A DNA stretch of 64,000 nt from Camelus dromedarius. Lineage: Eukaryota. Position 1 is the stretch's first letter; each line of letters opens with the position of its first letter. Position numbers and translations under genes: made by a program. Under the pieces are notes generated by a model. It was not told the DNA's origin and searched no databases. It saw only the letters and a list, made by a program, of their open reading frames with translations. Positions 1-13,270 of the stretch are shown here, in pieces. Where the stretch lies: positions 9,736,001 through 9,800,000 of the forward strand of contig NC_087437.1 in assembly GCF_036321535.1 (NCBI RefSeq), in the 5' to 3' direction.

Positions 1-274
1 GAGTGAGAACTACTGGTGGGAGAATTTATCTGACATGCCCCTTTGTCTTTCAAACATGCCCCTCTCTTTTTCAGACACGCCCCCTCTCGCTTTCAGCATC
101 ACTCATTTGCATAAGAACCCGCCAATCAGCTCGTACCCTAACCCTGGCATAAATAACCAAGCCTGTAGGCAGAGAACGGCTCCAGTGTAACTGGAGACCC
201 CCTCTGCAGGTTTCTCGCAATAAACCTGACTCTGCCGTTGAGCAGTCTCTGATCCTTTCTCTCCGATTCTAACA
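1..274 (+). mobile_element. 3' part of an ERV LTR (5' end lies outside the window)
   Basis: Ordered LTR signals: octamer ATTTGCAT 105-112, CCAAT 122-126, TATA-like CATAAATA 148-155, AATAAA 219-224, terminus ...TAACA at 274. Confidence 0.7.
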
Positions 275-2355
275 GATGTGTCAGGAGAGACTGGAGTGAC
301 TACTGCAGGGTGGAATGGGACCAGGAAAGAGGACAGACCCTAAGGCCCGGGGGGAAGGGAGGGCAAGAGAACAGATGTTTATCCAAAGAACACAAGCGGG
401 CAGATGCAAGTTGGTAGGAGGAGGCCAAAGGGGAGCTCATGGAAGTTCTTGGCTGATCCCTTCTATTTTTATAGTGAAACAGGAAGTACATGCATTAGCA
501 GAGAAAGAACACAGATGGGGAGAAGGCCATGATGGTCAGTCCTGAAGCAGAAGGCTATATGATTTAACTAGAGCCCACATTTTGTCCTCCAAGTGAGAAA
601 GGAGGAAAGACATTGAAGGTACATGCAAGGGAGTGACTGTAATGGTAAAATGCATAATTTAAGCTGCACAAGGTGAGAATTAAGAACAAGATGATGGAAA
701 GTTTCAGTGACTAGATGGTACGATCAATGCAAGAGATTGTTTAAGACAAATTTATTTCAAAATACACCTCAATATACGACATGACTAGTGTTCCATTAAA
801 TGCATTTTATAAACACATTTTTGTGGAGGAATTGCAAAAACATTACTGAATAATAATAATAATTAATGGTCTTTAATTTATCAACATTGCAGCAACTTTC
901 TCCCTAATGACTGAGTGCCTAGGAAATACTAATATTTTAAAAATTTAATAATGTACCCATATATCTTTAATAGTAACTTATCTAAAAATCAGTAAAAGTA
1001 TATTTATAATAAATTATTAGTGATTTCTTCCTATTCTGAAATTCCAGCAAATGTACTTTGTATAAAATGTTTGATTTTTCCACATTTAAGGAAGAGATTA
1101 ATTAGTCCATCTTACTCACTGAAAATTCCATTAGCTTACAAAAATATAACACAATAAATTCAGACTGTATAAATATTATGAAGTTGCCTTACATTGTTCC
1201 TTTTTAAAATGAAAGAATTAGACTAGGAAATCACTATAGTCTAAGGACTAAAATTCTAGATGTTTATAAAATCTCTTAAATGGCTTATTAGCTGGAAGTG
1301 CAGTTAATTAAGCTTTTTTAATAAAACACTAATTAGTTTTATATCCACAATATTTTTTTAAAAGCCCGCAGATATTACTTTCCTGGCAGGGATAAACAAA
1401 GGTTTGTATTTTAAAATACTTTTTGGCTTCGGGAAATACTTCATAGCTTCAATAGCCCTTTTTCTTCATCCTCAAATAGAGCTTCCTTAATATCTTACTC
1501 CATAACATGAAGACTCTGAGGTTTAAAAAAGCAATTCAGTCAGAGGACGCAGTCGAAGACCAAACATGGACTCCCTGTGTGGGATGCGCACATGTGCATG
1601 TGCCTGTAGGGGGTGGGGGTGGGGGTAAAGGCTATATAGAAAATGAACAATCCAAAAAAACTGCTATGATTTTATTTTACACACAGTACAATGGCCACAC
1701 GAGAATAATAAGAATGAGTAAGAATTTGGTACAGATCACATTCCTAGTTTGAGGCAAGATGAAGGAAACACGTTCTACCCTATTGATCCTGTATAGTACA
1801 ACTAAAAACTCTGGACAAAATACATAAAGCAACCATCGGAAAGTTGAAAGAGAAGAGAAGGTAGAGTGGATGGAGACCTCAGGACTCCAAGATCGGTCCT
1901 TGCAGCCCTGCCCACCCTGCACTACCACTACAGAGGATGCGTCTCCTCACAGCAAATGTGGAGACCATGGGAAGGAATCTGGTTGATCATCCTCACCATG
2001 TCCATCGTGAGGTAAGTAAGGAGAGCAAAGAGTAGCACCTCCCCCCCCCAACTACAGAATAAAGGGAGGATTATATAGATGAAATTGCTGGGGAAAGGGA
2101 TTCTTTAAGCTGGGTATAAACTTCTGAGCAGAGGGGCCCATGTAAGAAAATGAATAGAATGTTCAGTGACCTACAGGAAGGCAGAGAAGGGGAAACAGAG
2201 AGAACAAACAGAAGACACATAATCAAATGACAAATGTATAAATGCTAATATATCAAACACGTCATGAAATGTAAATAGTTTAAACAAACTAATAAAGACA
2301 GATTATCAGAATAGGTTGAAGGATTGACTCAACTATATAAAAGCTATAAGAAATT

Positions 2356-2418
2356 GAAGATTTTCAAGTACATGGAAGGTCAGCACTACTAACCCCTGTG
2401 CTGTTCAAGGGTGAACTG
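2356..2418 (+). mobile_element. Right end of a Tigger2-type MITE
   Basis: Ends in acccctgtgctgttcaagggtgaactg+TA, the Tigger2 terminal inverted repeat; homologous to the right end of the MITE at 17658-17884. Confidence 0.75.
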
Positions 2419-2914
2419 TATTTATACACAATGGAATATTATTCAGTCATAAAAATAAACAAATCTTGCCATTTGTGACAAAATGGGTGGACAGTAAATG
2501 CATTCTGCTAAGTGAAATAAATCACACAGGGAAAGACAAATATGTGTGGTCTCATTTATATGGGGAATCTAAAAAAGTCAGACTCATAAAAATAGATGAG
2601 TGATGGTTGCCTGGAGCTGGGGGATGCTGGTCAAAGGGCAGACACTTTCAGTTATAAGATGAATAAGTTTGAGGATTTAATGTATAGCTTGGTGACTATG
2701 GTTATCAATACATACATGACAGTTGCTAAGAGAGCAGAAAACCACAAAGATGGTACTTATGTGAAGTGATAAAAGTGTTAACCAGCCTTTTAGTGAGAAT
2801 CACTTTGCAGTATATACATATACCAAATTATCACATTGTATACCTTAAACTTACACAATATTATGTGTTAATTACATCTCATTAAAGCTAGAAAGAGAAA
2901 AAAAAGAATAGAAA
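2419..2914 (+). mobile_element. L1 3' end (L1MA9-like) nested in the older L1
   Basis: atacacaatggaatattattcagtcataaaa...tgccatttgtgacaa...taccttaaacttacacaat...attaaagcta followed by an A-rich tail; candidate TSD aagaaatt at 2348-2355 and 2915-2922. Confidence 0.85.
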
Positions 2915-4218
2915 AAGAAATTACATATAAACACTGATCAAAGAAAGCTAGAATGTCATGGTAATATTAGACAACATAAAATCCATAACAAAGAAAATCA
3001 CCAAGGGCCAATTCACCAAGAAGATATAACAAAGCTAAATAGCTATGCATCCAAAAATAGAGTTTCAAAATATGTAAAGCAAAATTTTTGTATAGTCCAT
3101 AAAACATCTTGGTCCATAAAACAAACCTGAATAAATTGAAATTAATTAAAAATAATACAAATCATAATCCCTGGTAATAGGGAATCATAGTAAAAATCTT
3201 AAACAGAATGAAAATATTTGAATAGGCACTCTTCCCCTTCCTATTCAATATCATATTGTAAATCTTAGCCAAAGTAACAAAGCAAGAAAAATAAGTAAAA
3301 TGTATACAGAGCCAAAAGGAAGAAATAAAATCTTGCCTATTTGCAGATGATATAATTAGTTATATAGAAATTTTCAAGTAATATACCAGAAAAATCCTAG
3401 AACTAATAAGAAAGTTTAGTAAGGTTGATACACACATAAACACATGTGAACATACACATCAATCTTATTTTTATATACAAGCAATGAACAATTGAAACAT
3501 AAATTTTAAATGAAATCTATGATAGTTCCCAAAATTATACTTAATTATAAATCTAATGAAACATATATAGAATGTATATGATGAAACTACAAAGATCTAA
3601 GTAAATAAAAAAATGGAGAGACACACCATGCTCATGGCATGGAAGTCTCCATATAGTAAAGATGTCAAATCTCTCCAAATTGATCTCTAGGTTCAAAGCA
3701 CTCCTATCAAAATCCTAGCAAGATTTCTGCAGATATAGATAAGCTGACTCTACTGTTTAGAGAGAAATGAACTCAAGAGTTATCATTACTAAAGCTATTC
3801 TGAAATAAAATAAACTTTAAGTCACCACATTACCCAATACTAAGACTTACTATGGAGCTACAGTAATTGGGACACTGGTAATGGCAAAGGAATATACACA
3901 TAGATCAAAAAATAATAAAATACAGAGTCTAGAAGTAGACCCACAGGAGTGCAGCCAATTGATTGACAAAGGTGAAAAAACATAAATAATGGTTAGCTGC
4001 TCAACAAATAGTGTTGGAACAACTGGCCATCCATACGCAAAACAACAACAGCAAAAATAACAACCTCAACCTCAACCTGACATCTTACACAAACATTAGC
4101 TGGAAATGGATCAGAACTCTTAATGCAAAACGTAACACTACAAAACTAATAGGAGAATATGTCATAGTATAGCCACTCTGGGAATCGATGGAGCAGTTTT
4201 TAAATAAAATTATACACA

Positions 4219-4437
4219 CAAGGACATCCGTCAGTATCTGTGGGGGATTGGTTCCAGGACGTCCACGGATACAGAATTCCATACAGACTCAAGGCCCTTA
4301 GGGTCAGTTCTCTATATCCGCAGGCTCCACAATTATGGTACACAGGGTGGACCAACTGTATATTTATTGGAAAAAATCTACATATACGTGGACCCATGCA
4401 GTCAAACAAACATGCAGTGTTGTTCAAGGGTCAACTG
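4219..4437 (+). mobile_element. MER8-like Tigger MITE inserted in the L1 3' region
   Basis: Starts ...tcagtatctgtgggggattggttccaggac and ends gtgttgttcaagggtcaactg+TA; L1 sequence resumes immediately after. Confidence 0.8.
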
Positions 4438-6104
4438 TATTACCAAACAACTCAGCATTTGCACTCCTGGGTATTTATCCTCAAGAAGTGAAAACTTATG
4501 TCTATGCAAAAACCTGTATATGAATGTTCATAGAAGCTTTATTTACAGTAGCCAAGTGTTTTTCAACTGGTGAATGACTGAACAAACAGGAGTGCACTGA
4601 CTCACTAGAATATTATTCAGCAATAAAAGGGAATGGGTTATTGAAACACATAACTTGGTTAGTGTAACACTCAATCTCAAATTCATTATGCTGCATAAAA
4701 AAACCTGAAAAGGTTATATACTATATTATTCCATTTTTATAACATTCTTGAAATAACAAAAGTATAGCTATGGAGAATAGATCAGTTGCTGGGGAAAGAG
4801 GGTAGAGACTAGAATTATGGGGAGGCTGGGAGTTTCTTTATGGTCATAGAACATTTCTGTATCTGGCTTGTGGTGGTGGTTATACGACTCTATCCACGTG
4901 ATAACATTTCATACAAAACAACAGGAGAACAGCGCATGTAAAAACTGGTATAATCTGAACAGTCTTATAGTCTATAATCATTTAACAATAGTTTCATAAA
5001 GTATGGTGGTTGTCTAAGATATTATCATTGGGAAAGAGCTGAGTAAATGTCTTAAAAATTCTCTGTACTATTTTTGCAACATCTTATGCTCTTTAATTAT
5101 TTCAAAACAAAAAATATTAAAATGCATATGGAAAAACAAAATAAAGTTGATAAATCTGTAGGAAATTTGAGTTAATATACACCCTCTGGATGTTGCCATT
5201 TCTAAAATTATTTTCTTGAAGGGTAAAGTTAGGAGAAGGTTGTGCTAGAGTTGTTTGCATTTTTATCCAAGGACTAATGGGACTCTATTTCTTTAATCAT
5301 TCATATTTGGGGGCTGCTGAAAGTACATTGAAGTTCATATAATTGCTGAGCTTAAATACAAATTGTATGAAACCACTGAGATTTAAGCCCTGATCAATTT
5401 CACATACAATAAATACTCAGAGATTAAGAGATGTACTGTAATGTATTTAGAAGCCAAATATTTAAAGAGCAACACATTTCATTATTTAAAACAAGAGAGG
5501 TTTATATAGCAGAGGTTTATAAAGAAACTTTTAAAAACTTCACCAAAAAAACAAAAAATCTCTTTGGATGCTGTATATATAAATGTAAACAGTCTAACAG
5601 TCCCAAAGCAATATTTTGTTATTAATAAAAACAAATCCACTGGCAGACCAGATCTTAAAGACTCTATTTGCTTTCTCTTGAAATCATCTCGCTGCGCTGA
5701 GCAAAAAAGACACCACAAAAGACTAAGTTTATTATTTAAAAATACATACTTTGAATTGGTTCCCAGCCCATCCGTTCTAAATCTTGATTTGTTTACATCT
5801 TGGTTAAAGGCAAAGCAGGAATCCTGGTTACTTTTTACATTTTGCTGAACTTTATGAGATTAAGGAGGCCATTTCTCAAGGATTTGCACTGATGGAGGAG
5901 AGCATTGTCATGGAAAGGAGAAAATGCTTAAAACTCAGCCTAGTGAATCTTAGACCTCCAGAGCCTCCGTGGTGAGAGTAGCGACAGTTTATTTGTCTGC
6001 TGTTCACTTCTTGGAGGCAAGGATCGGATGAAGACTAGAAAGCTCTGCCCGGGGGGAGGCAGGAGAAGGGGCAGCGCACCCAGGGAAGAGGTGTTACCTG
6101 TGTT

Positions 6105-6295
6105 GAACAAACATTATGCACCAACGCTCATTACGTGTTATCTCAGTGAATTTACAGTGAACCAAGCAGTTGTTATTCACCCCTCACTTTTATAGTTGAG
6201 GAAACTAAGACTTAGAGATAGTAAATGCTTTGACCAAGGACACACAATTAGCCAAGTCAAGCTCAGGTCTCTTTATTCCCAAAGCTGGTACTCTT
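6105..6295 (-). mobile_element. MIR SINE
   Basis: Core ttgaggaaactaagacttagagatagtaaatgctttgaccaaggacacacaatt (reverse of the MIR core). Confidence 0.75.
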
Positions 6296-8799
6296 TGACT
6301 TGTGGTATTTTATTGCTTCTTAAACAGGTACAGATCGTAAGACGCTGGGTGACTGAATGTCAGTGTCTATCCACATAATTCGTGGGTAAACAATAATGAG
6401 TTTTACAGATGGTGAAAAAGCATCATCAGGTTGACAGCTGATCCAGAGTAACTGAAAATTCTCAGGCACAAAAAGACATGGGGCTTGAAAGAACCTTGGA
6501 AAACATCCAAGCCTGCCCTAGGAGATGTCTCTATTTTTAGTAAAATGTTTAGCCCACAGTATTATTGTGGGAAATTTTTTTGGTCGTTCATTTGTTTTGT
6601 TTTTCTGTTATGTTTTGGGGGGATTTTTTTTTTCACTAGCTTTTTAACTAAACAAACCTAAGTTTTGGTTTTTTATTAGGCATTTTCACTAGTTTTATTT
6701 TGTTTTACGTAAGATTTCATTAGGAACTTATTTGTATAATGAATTTGATTCTTTGGGTTTCACTTCAAATTCAATTTTTTTTTTTTAAATCTCCAGAGCG
6801 ATTTTCCTTCAAGTCTGAGAAGGGCCAAATTTAAATTGATGATGTACAATAAAGACTAACGTGGAAAACCAAATCAGACCACAAATTGGGGCAGTTATGC
6901 TGAAGTTATGAATGAAATACACCTATAAAATTAATTTGATTCTGCATGTGCATGTATAAATATTTATTTATTTGAATTTTATTGATAGTGTTTGTTTGAT
7001 CCTATAGGTCTTCTTTCTATCCTTCTTGATCTTGGTCTCCAACCAGAGAAATTCATCTGTAAAGAATTTATCAGTGGCCTTCCTTGTTTCCTGGCAGTTT
7101 CAAGAGCCCCAGAGGAGCTGGGAGCAGGAAGGATGAATGAGATCAGGAGCTCAGTGGTACTGTGCTATTTCATTTCCCAGCTCCTGCCCTGTGGGTCACG
7201 TGGGTCGAGCTGTGTCTCCAGGCCTGCGGGTACAACATTCAGAACAGCTTTCTCCACAGGCTTTTCCCTGCCCTGGGTTCCAAAGAGCTCTCTGCCCTCA
7301 CTCCTTCGGGAATAGCAGTGGTAATTGCTCACTGTACATCCCCAGTTTTCCCTTTTCACGGTCCACTCTTTAGAGTGTGTCATTTGTACCTTGATCATGA
7401 ATGATAACACTGATGATGAAATATTTATAGAGAGAGAGCAAGAGATTCCATTAAATCATGCATCTTACAGATGCATTAAAGTTAAAACAATAAATACAAA
7501 GCAAAAGACCTTTGCATCACACCCCAAGCCTCTGTGCTTCCCCAAAGTAGCACCTGTAACTATTGCCTACGCGCATACCAGATGGATTTCTACCCATTTA
7601 CACACTCACACTGGCAGGCAATTTGTTCTCTTTGGTATACTGGGATCACATAATGCACATTCTTCTGACTTGTCTTTAAATATTTCTCTCATTATGGACA
7701 TTTAGATTTATTAAGCTTTTATACTGTTACTAACAATAATGTAATGAACGTCCACATGTGTGATTAATAAATTACTTCCTCAAAAATTCTTACCAAGATC
7801 ATGTTCTTCTTCATTAAATAATTTTATTAAAGTTGTGATCTAGTAATTGAATTTCATTTGGAGTTGATGTTTATCTTTCAGGTCAGTAAAAGTTTCTGAC
7901 CCTAAGTTCATATAATATTTTAACTACTAAACTCTTTACTTCTCTACAAATACTATCACTATTTTTTTTTAATATTAGTTTCTCAGGAAATTTTTAAAAC
8001 ACTTTTTTTTTTTAAGAACAGGGGCTCAAAATAAATATTATCAGCTACATTATTTTTATCCTTCTTTGTTTTCCCAGATTAGCATTTCATAGAAAGACTG
8101 ATTAAAGAGTAAAATGTTGCTTGGAAGATCATCATTATCTGACGTTTTTTAAGTGTGGGAGCGTACGTGATAAACAATATCTGCATGGAATTTAATGATT
8201 ATTCAAGATTCAATTTTTAGTTAAAATTGAGCAGTTGTAATTTCACAAAGAGTAACTACAGAACCAGGATTTCAAAAACAGAGACCATGCTTATGTGATA
8301 AATATATCTTTAAATCATTTAAAGGTATAGCAATTTATACATTTCAAGAACTCTTTTCGAATATTTACATTTTTAGTGAATATGATAGTGAATTTAAGGT
8401 AGTCTTAATTAGTTGATATCATCAATACTGCATACAGATCAACAGTACTCAAAATACTTTCTGTGGTTTTATTTTATATATATATATTATACATATATAA
8501 TTCAACTAAAAAAGGGCACAAGTCAATATTCATATGAAGAGGACTTGAAAATTAACAAAATTGAGTTACTGTTAGGTTATATTTTAAACATTAAAGTCTT
8601 AATGATCATTTATAACTTTATTACAGCTTGGTTTGTGAAACTTTGGTTGGGTTAGGTTGCTTGATACAAAATGTAAAATGTTTAGAAACATCAATACTTC
8701 CTTGTTTTAAAAATAACCATAATTGGGAGAGCTAACTCTAAGAATGAGTTATTACTAGAGAGTTGTCTGTGAATATTACTATAATGTATTTTCAGCTGA

Positions 8800-8995
8800 G
8801 TGAATATTGCATTTCATTCTTTATATATTTTTCTCTATTCTTCACAATCATAAAATATGGCTATAATTTCCTAAGTCTAATGTTGAACATACAGAGACCA
8901 AGAAATTAATATGTGCAACCCTACACAGCTTGCAGGCAGACCCTTACTTGAATTTAAGTTCCCCTGTCTTTAAACCCCTGCTCTTTGAACCACCT
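8800..8995 (-). mobile_element. MIR SINE (degraded)
   Basis: cacaatc...acagagaccaagaaattaat...cacagcttg...cttgaatttaagt...ctgctctttgaaccac. Confidence 0.55.
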
Positions 8996-10624
8996 CACGC
9001 TCTCTCTTCTCATTAGACAGACTCTTCACCTGTGGAGGGAACTCAAATCTCTTGCAGGGAAGCTGGCCGTAAGCACATGGCAGAATACTGTTTTCAAAAT
9101 ATTATTCGAGGCTTCTTTTCTGGATGCATCCTCCAACCCTTAGCTCTCCTCCCATGTGACATCCCCAGATTTATGTCTACAGGAAGAGACAGCCCAACAG
9201 GATACAAAGAATAAATAAACACAATTTCTGGGTTTTGAGTTTCAGGAACTAGCTTTGATTGGGTGGGGATGAAGTTGTCAGGGAAAAGCTCAGACACGAA
9301 GAACACATACATAGGAGTAAAGATTCAGCCATTCTGCATTTTGACCAGAGAATAATGATCCAGAGTGCTAGAGAGCCTAACCACAGTGTTTAGAGGCCAG
9401 TGGTTCCTCAACAAGGAACACTGTGTCTTAGCCACTGACCACAGTGTCCACTAACATGTGCAAGTCATTACGGGAGTTGGAGGGGCATAACATCCAAGTA
9501 GTTAGGGATTAGAGAGAAGGAAGCTTTCTTCCCCACGAAGCAGAAGATCATGGTTTCCCCCATCCCAGCTGGGGTAAACAACAAAGTTACCATGGACCTT
9601 AGAGCAAAAGGGATGTAATGATAAAAGCCTGTGTCTAAAGAGTCTGGCTATTCAGTGAAGGGAGAATGGAACAGTGACCTGTAGGACTCATTACCATGAC
9701 AAATGCACCTGACTCAAAACAAAGGAATTGTGTTAGCCACAACAAGCACAATGAAAAAGGGAGTCCCACAAGCATTCAAGGAAAAGATTAATTAGCCTGA
9801 GAGGGGAACTATCTGGTCTACTAAAAAAGCAGAAAAGATCAATTTTTTTTATTTATAAGATTTGACTTAACATTTCTACAATGTTTCATTTAATAGAAAT
9901 ATACAATGCTATTCGATAAATAGTTCCTATTAGAATTATTTTATTTCCTATTATTTAATTACGCTAGCTAAAAGTACAAGCACTCCATAGGTGTTCTCCA
10001 TTAATATCGTAACCATTGTAAGCCAAAGGCTACAACAATGGGTTCGACAGAATAAAATTTTCTGTGTGTCTTTCCCCTTTTTTCCTAAAGCTTGAGACTG
10101 CAATAAATCATGTTGAGCAGCTAAAACAAAATCTACATAGTCCCCATACAACCTTATACTATGCTGGCACTGTATTATTACAAAGTAATTTACTATGTTA
10201 TGGTGTCCCTTTTTGTTGAATGTCTCTACTTGCTAAATTATAAAGTCATGAAGGCAAAGAGTTCTGCCTGGAAAAAAAAAAGAAGTTCTCTATAAGAGTT
10301 GTTGAATAAGTGAATTACCACCTTATATAAGATGTTTTTAATAATAACATTTAGACATTGATTCTGACATTCTGGTTCTCCTGAGATTGTAAACCGAAAA
10401 ATCTGTGCATCTTTGAAAAACATCTTCACAAAATAATTTAGATGAATAAAACACTAGATTTCAGAGCAGACCAAAATAATACACTTCAATGATTATCTTA
10501 CAAAAATAAAGTAAAAGGTAAGCCAATATGTCTAGAAGTTCCCCTAAATTGTTATGCAAATTATGTGAAGATTTTTGTTTTGTTGTATTTTTTGGGGGGG
10601 AGGTTGGTTTATTATTTTCAAGAG

Positions 10625-10737
10625 ATTGTTTTGTTTTTAGCTTTAAAAATTTTTACTTTTATACAAATCTGAAAGGTCACTTTCCATTTACAGTTATTGA
10701 AAAATACTGGTTATATTCTCCATGTTGTACAATACGA
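10625..10737 (-). mobile_element. Short L1 3' end fragment (artiodactyl type)
   Basis: aaaggtcactttccatttacagttattgaaaaatactggttatattctccatgttgtacaatac, preceded by a T-rich tail. Confidence 0.7.
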
Positions 10738-10999
10738 TTTTTAACTATTAATGGAAGATAAAACAGAAAATTAATAGAGTAAGCTCTTCAGGTGAGACAA
10801 AAATTTTGGTAACCAAAAGCTACATGTAGTTGTTTTTGAACCTGATATTGCATTTAGGGTTAGTAAACTAAAGTTATAGTACTAAATATTCCAACTGCCA
10901 TTCTATAAATGCTTGTAGTTAGGAAGACACCGAACAACTTAGAACAAACATAAGGATGTAGCTAAAGTCCTAAAATCAACAAACTTTAAAAATAAACAG

Positions 11000-11630
11000 C
11001 TGTTGTTTTTGCCTGCCCAAATCTAATTCCTTATCTTCTGATAAGAGGACCTCAATTTTTCTTGGAAAACCATCCCTTCTGACTCTGAGTGAGATTGATG
11101 TCAGTCCTCAGGGGAGTGATGTGACCCACACTTAGCTTATCAGAGAAGAACATGTGGTTCTTGGCCACAGGGACTGACCACAACCCAAAGCTTTTGCTGT
11201 AGTAACTAGGAAAAAAATAGTTCTTTTGCTGAAACCAAAAGCTACTGGTAAAAATGGCGTCAGTAGAGAGGAAAGCTCCCTTGAAGAGTGGGGATTTGGA
11301 AAGGGAAGGTGGATGGTAATACTGCACGCACTCTGTGTATCAGGGCTCAGTCAATCACTACAACACTGAAAAAGGAACATTATTATATACATTACACGGT
11401 GGAGGCTAAAGGACTTTAAGTAATATTTGTAATATCATAGAGCTAGTAAGTAGTGGAACCAGGACAGGGTGACAACAGAGGTCATGCTACTAAACATTGC
11501 TGTGCTCAAAGCCAGGCATAGTCCAGTTTCTGACCTCCACCCGTGACTCTAATTATTGAGCCAATAAACTCAATTTTTAAGTTGTCAATTTGATTTTTTT
11601 ACATTTGCATCTAAAAGTTCTGATAATACA
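11000..11630 (+). mobile_element. MaLR LTR (old MLT1-like) with a nested MIR-like fragment at ~11320-11500
   Basis: tgttgtttttgcctgcccaaatctaattcc start, atgtgaccca motifs, AATAAA and an MLT1-type end (ttgcatctaaaagttctgataataca). Confidence 0.55.
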
Positions 11631-11731
11631 GCACCCATATTGATAAAAATAGTAAGTAAACTGAGGTAGCAGAGGGTTACTGTAAAATTATCCTCTACTT
11701 CTCCCCAAACAAAAAATTATCATAGGACAGA

Positions 11732-11734
<3 letters not shown>

Positions 11735-11768
<34 letters not shown>
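11735..11768. repeat. (TG)17 microsatellite
   Basis: Perfect TG run. Confidence 0.97.
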
Positions 11769-11772
<4 letters not shown>

Positions 11773-12408
11773 AATAAAAAGAAAACTTCTTTAAAACTAT
11801 TGCTGTCATGGGGAATGTAATTTTATTTGGAATACACATTTCCTTTCAAGTCTTTAAAAAGAGTAATCATTTAGACATGATTAGTCTCTAAAATGCTATA
11901 GTTTCTCTGTTAGGATATCTCTTAAAATAAAATTAACTTTATTTTCAAGTAATGTATTTTTTTAAGGTTCCCATTTTAAAATAAACCCAGATCAATAACA
12001 ATGAAACTTAAAAAAAAAAACTGTTACTGAGAGTAAACTAATGTTTATACTAATAGAAAACAAATTCGTTACTCAAGTACTCAATAAGAGTTTTGGATGC
12101 AATTTTCGAAAAGGGTCAGGATGTTGCAGATTCTGATGATTTTTTTTCTTTTTTGAGGAATAATATGAAATTGAAAACCAATGCCACCTACGAGTGGAGT
12201 ACTCATTTATAATTTAAAAAACCTTCTAAGTGCTGAATATTAAAATCTAAACTTATAAAAGGACAACAAGTCATAAAACGTTTCTGTGCTGAAAAATTAA
12301 TTTTCTTAGCAAAGGTTCAAATTATTTAAAATCCAAATAATCAGCCAACTCCTGCCTACAAGGTATATAAAACTGAGGCTACAACCTGATGTTCTAAGAG
12401 GGACTTTT

Positions 12409-13270
12409 CTTTTCTTTTCTTTTCTCTTAATTTTATTTTTTTCTGAGTCCTGATTTTATTCTGTAGCAGAATGCCCAATGTAGAATGTAATTGCAAGTAT
12501 TCGGCTGTGCAGAAGAGTAGTGCTTAAGTACAAATGGGAGACATGGTTTTTTTTAAATGAATACTTAAACACGGGTTGGTACTACAAGCACCTGGAGTCT
12601 AGGTCTGCCTTGGTGGAGCTGCCTCACCTGTGGACCCACGAAGATGCCATGATTCCCCTCCCCCTAATAAATGCATGAACTCTATACAGTACAATCTTGT
12701 TTATCTATCCTACATTTTGAAATCCCAGTCTATCCCTTCCCACCCCCTGCCCCCTTGGTAACCACAAGTTTGTATTCTATGTCTATGAGTCTGTTTCTGT
12801 TTTGTATTTATGCTTTGTTTGTTTTTGTTTTTGTTTTTTTTTTTTTTAGATTCCACATATGAGCCATCTCATATGGTATTTTTCTTTCTCTTTCTGGCTT
12901 ACTTCGCTTAGAATTACATTCTCCAGGAGCATTCATGTTGCTGCAAATGGCGTTATGTTGTCGGTTTTTATGGCTGAGTAGTATTCCATTGTATAAATAT
13001 ACTACTTCTTCTTTATCCAGTCATCTGTTGATGGACATTTAGGCTGTCTCCATGTCTTGGCTATTGTAAATAGTGCTGCTATGAACATTGGGGTGCAGGT
13101 GTCATTTTGAAGTAGGGCTCCTTCTGGATATATGCCCAGGAGCGGGATTCCTGGGTCACATGGTAAGTCTATTCCTAGTCTTTTGAGGAATCTCCATACT
13201 GTTTTCCACAGTGGCTGCACCAAACTGCATTCCCAACCAGCAGTGTAGGAGGGTTCCCTTTTCTCCACAA
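12409..13270 (-). mobile_element. Chimeric retro-insertion: young 5'-truncated L1 fragment (12682-13270) plus ~240 nt non-L1 sequence and a poly(A) tail
   Basis: 14-nt TSD taagagg(g/c)actttt at 12395-12408 and 13271-13284; ORF 13002-13280 matches the L1 ORF2 C-terminus ([17 protein letters not shown]...CTPMFIAALFTIAK); minus-strand AATAAA at 12455-12460 followed by an A-rich tail. Confidence 0.88.

Larger units (their letters stand above)
1745..5130 (+). mobile_element. Old, heavily deleted L1M (L1MC/L1MD-class) element with nested insertions
   Basis: L1M 5'-end-like sequence at ~1750 (ggcaagatg...gtacaactaaaaactctggaca), degraded ORF2 blocks at 2200-4170 (ttgcctatttgcagatgatata, tcaacaaatagtgttggaacaactgg), 3' UTR 4440-5130 ending in an A-rich tail. 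Confidence 0.8.
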
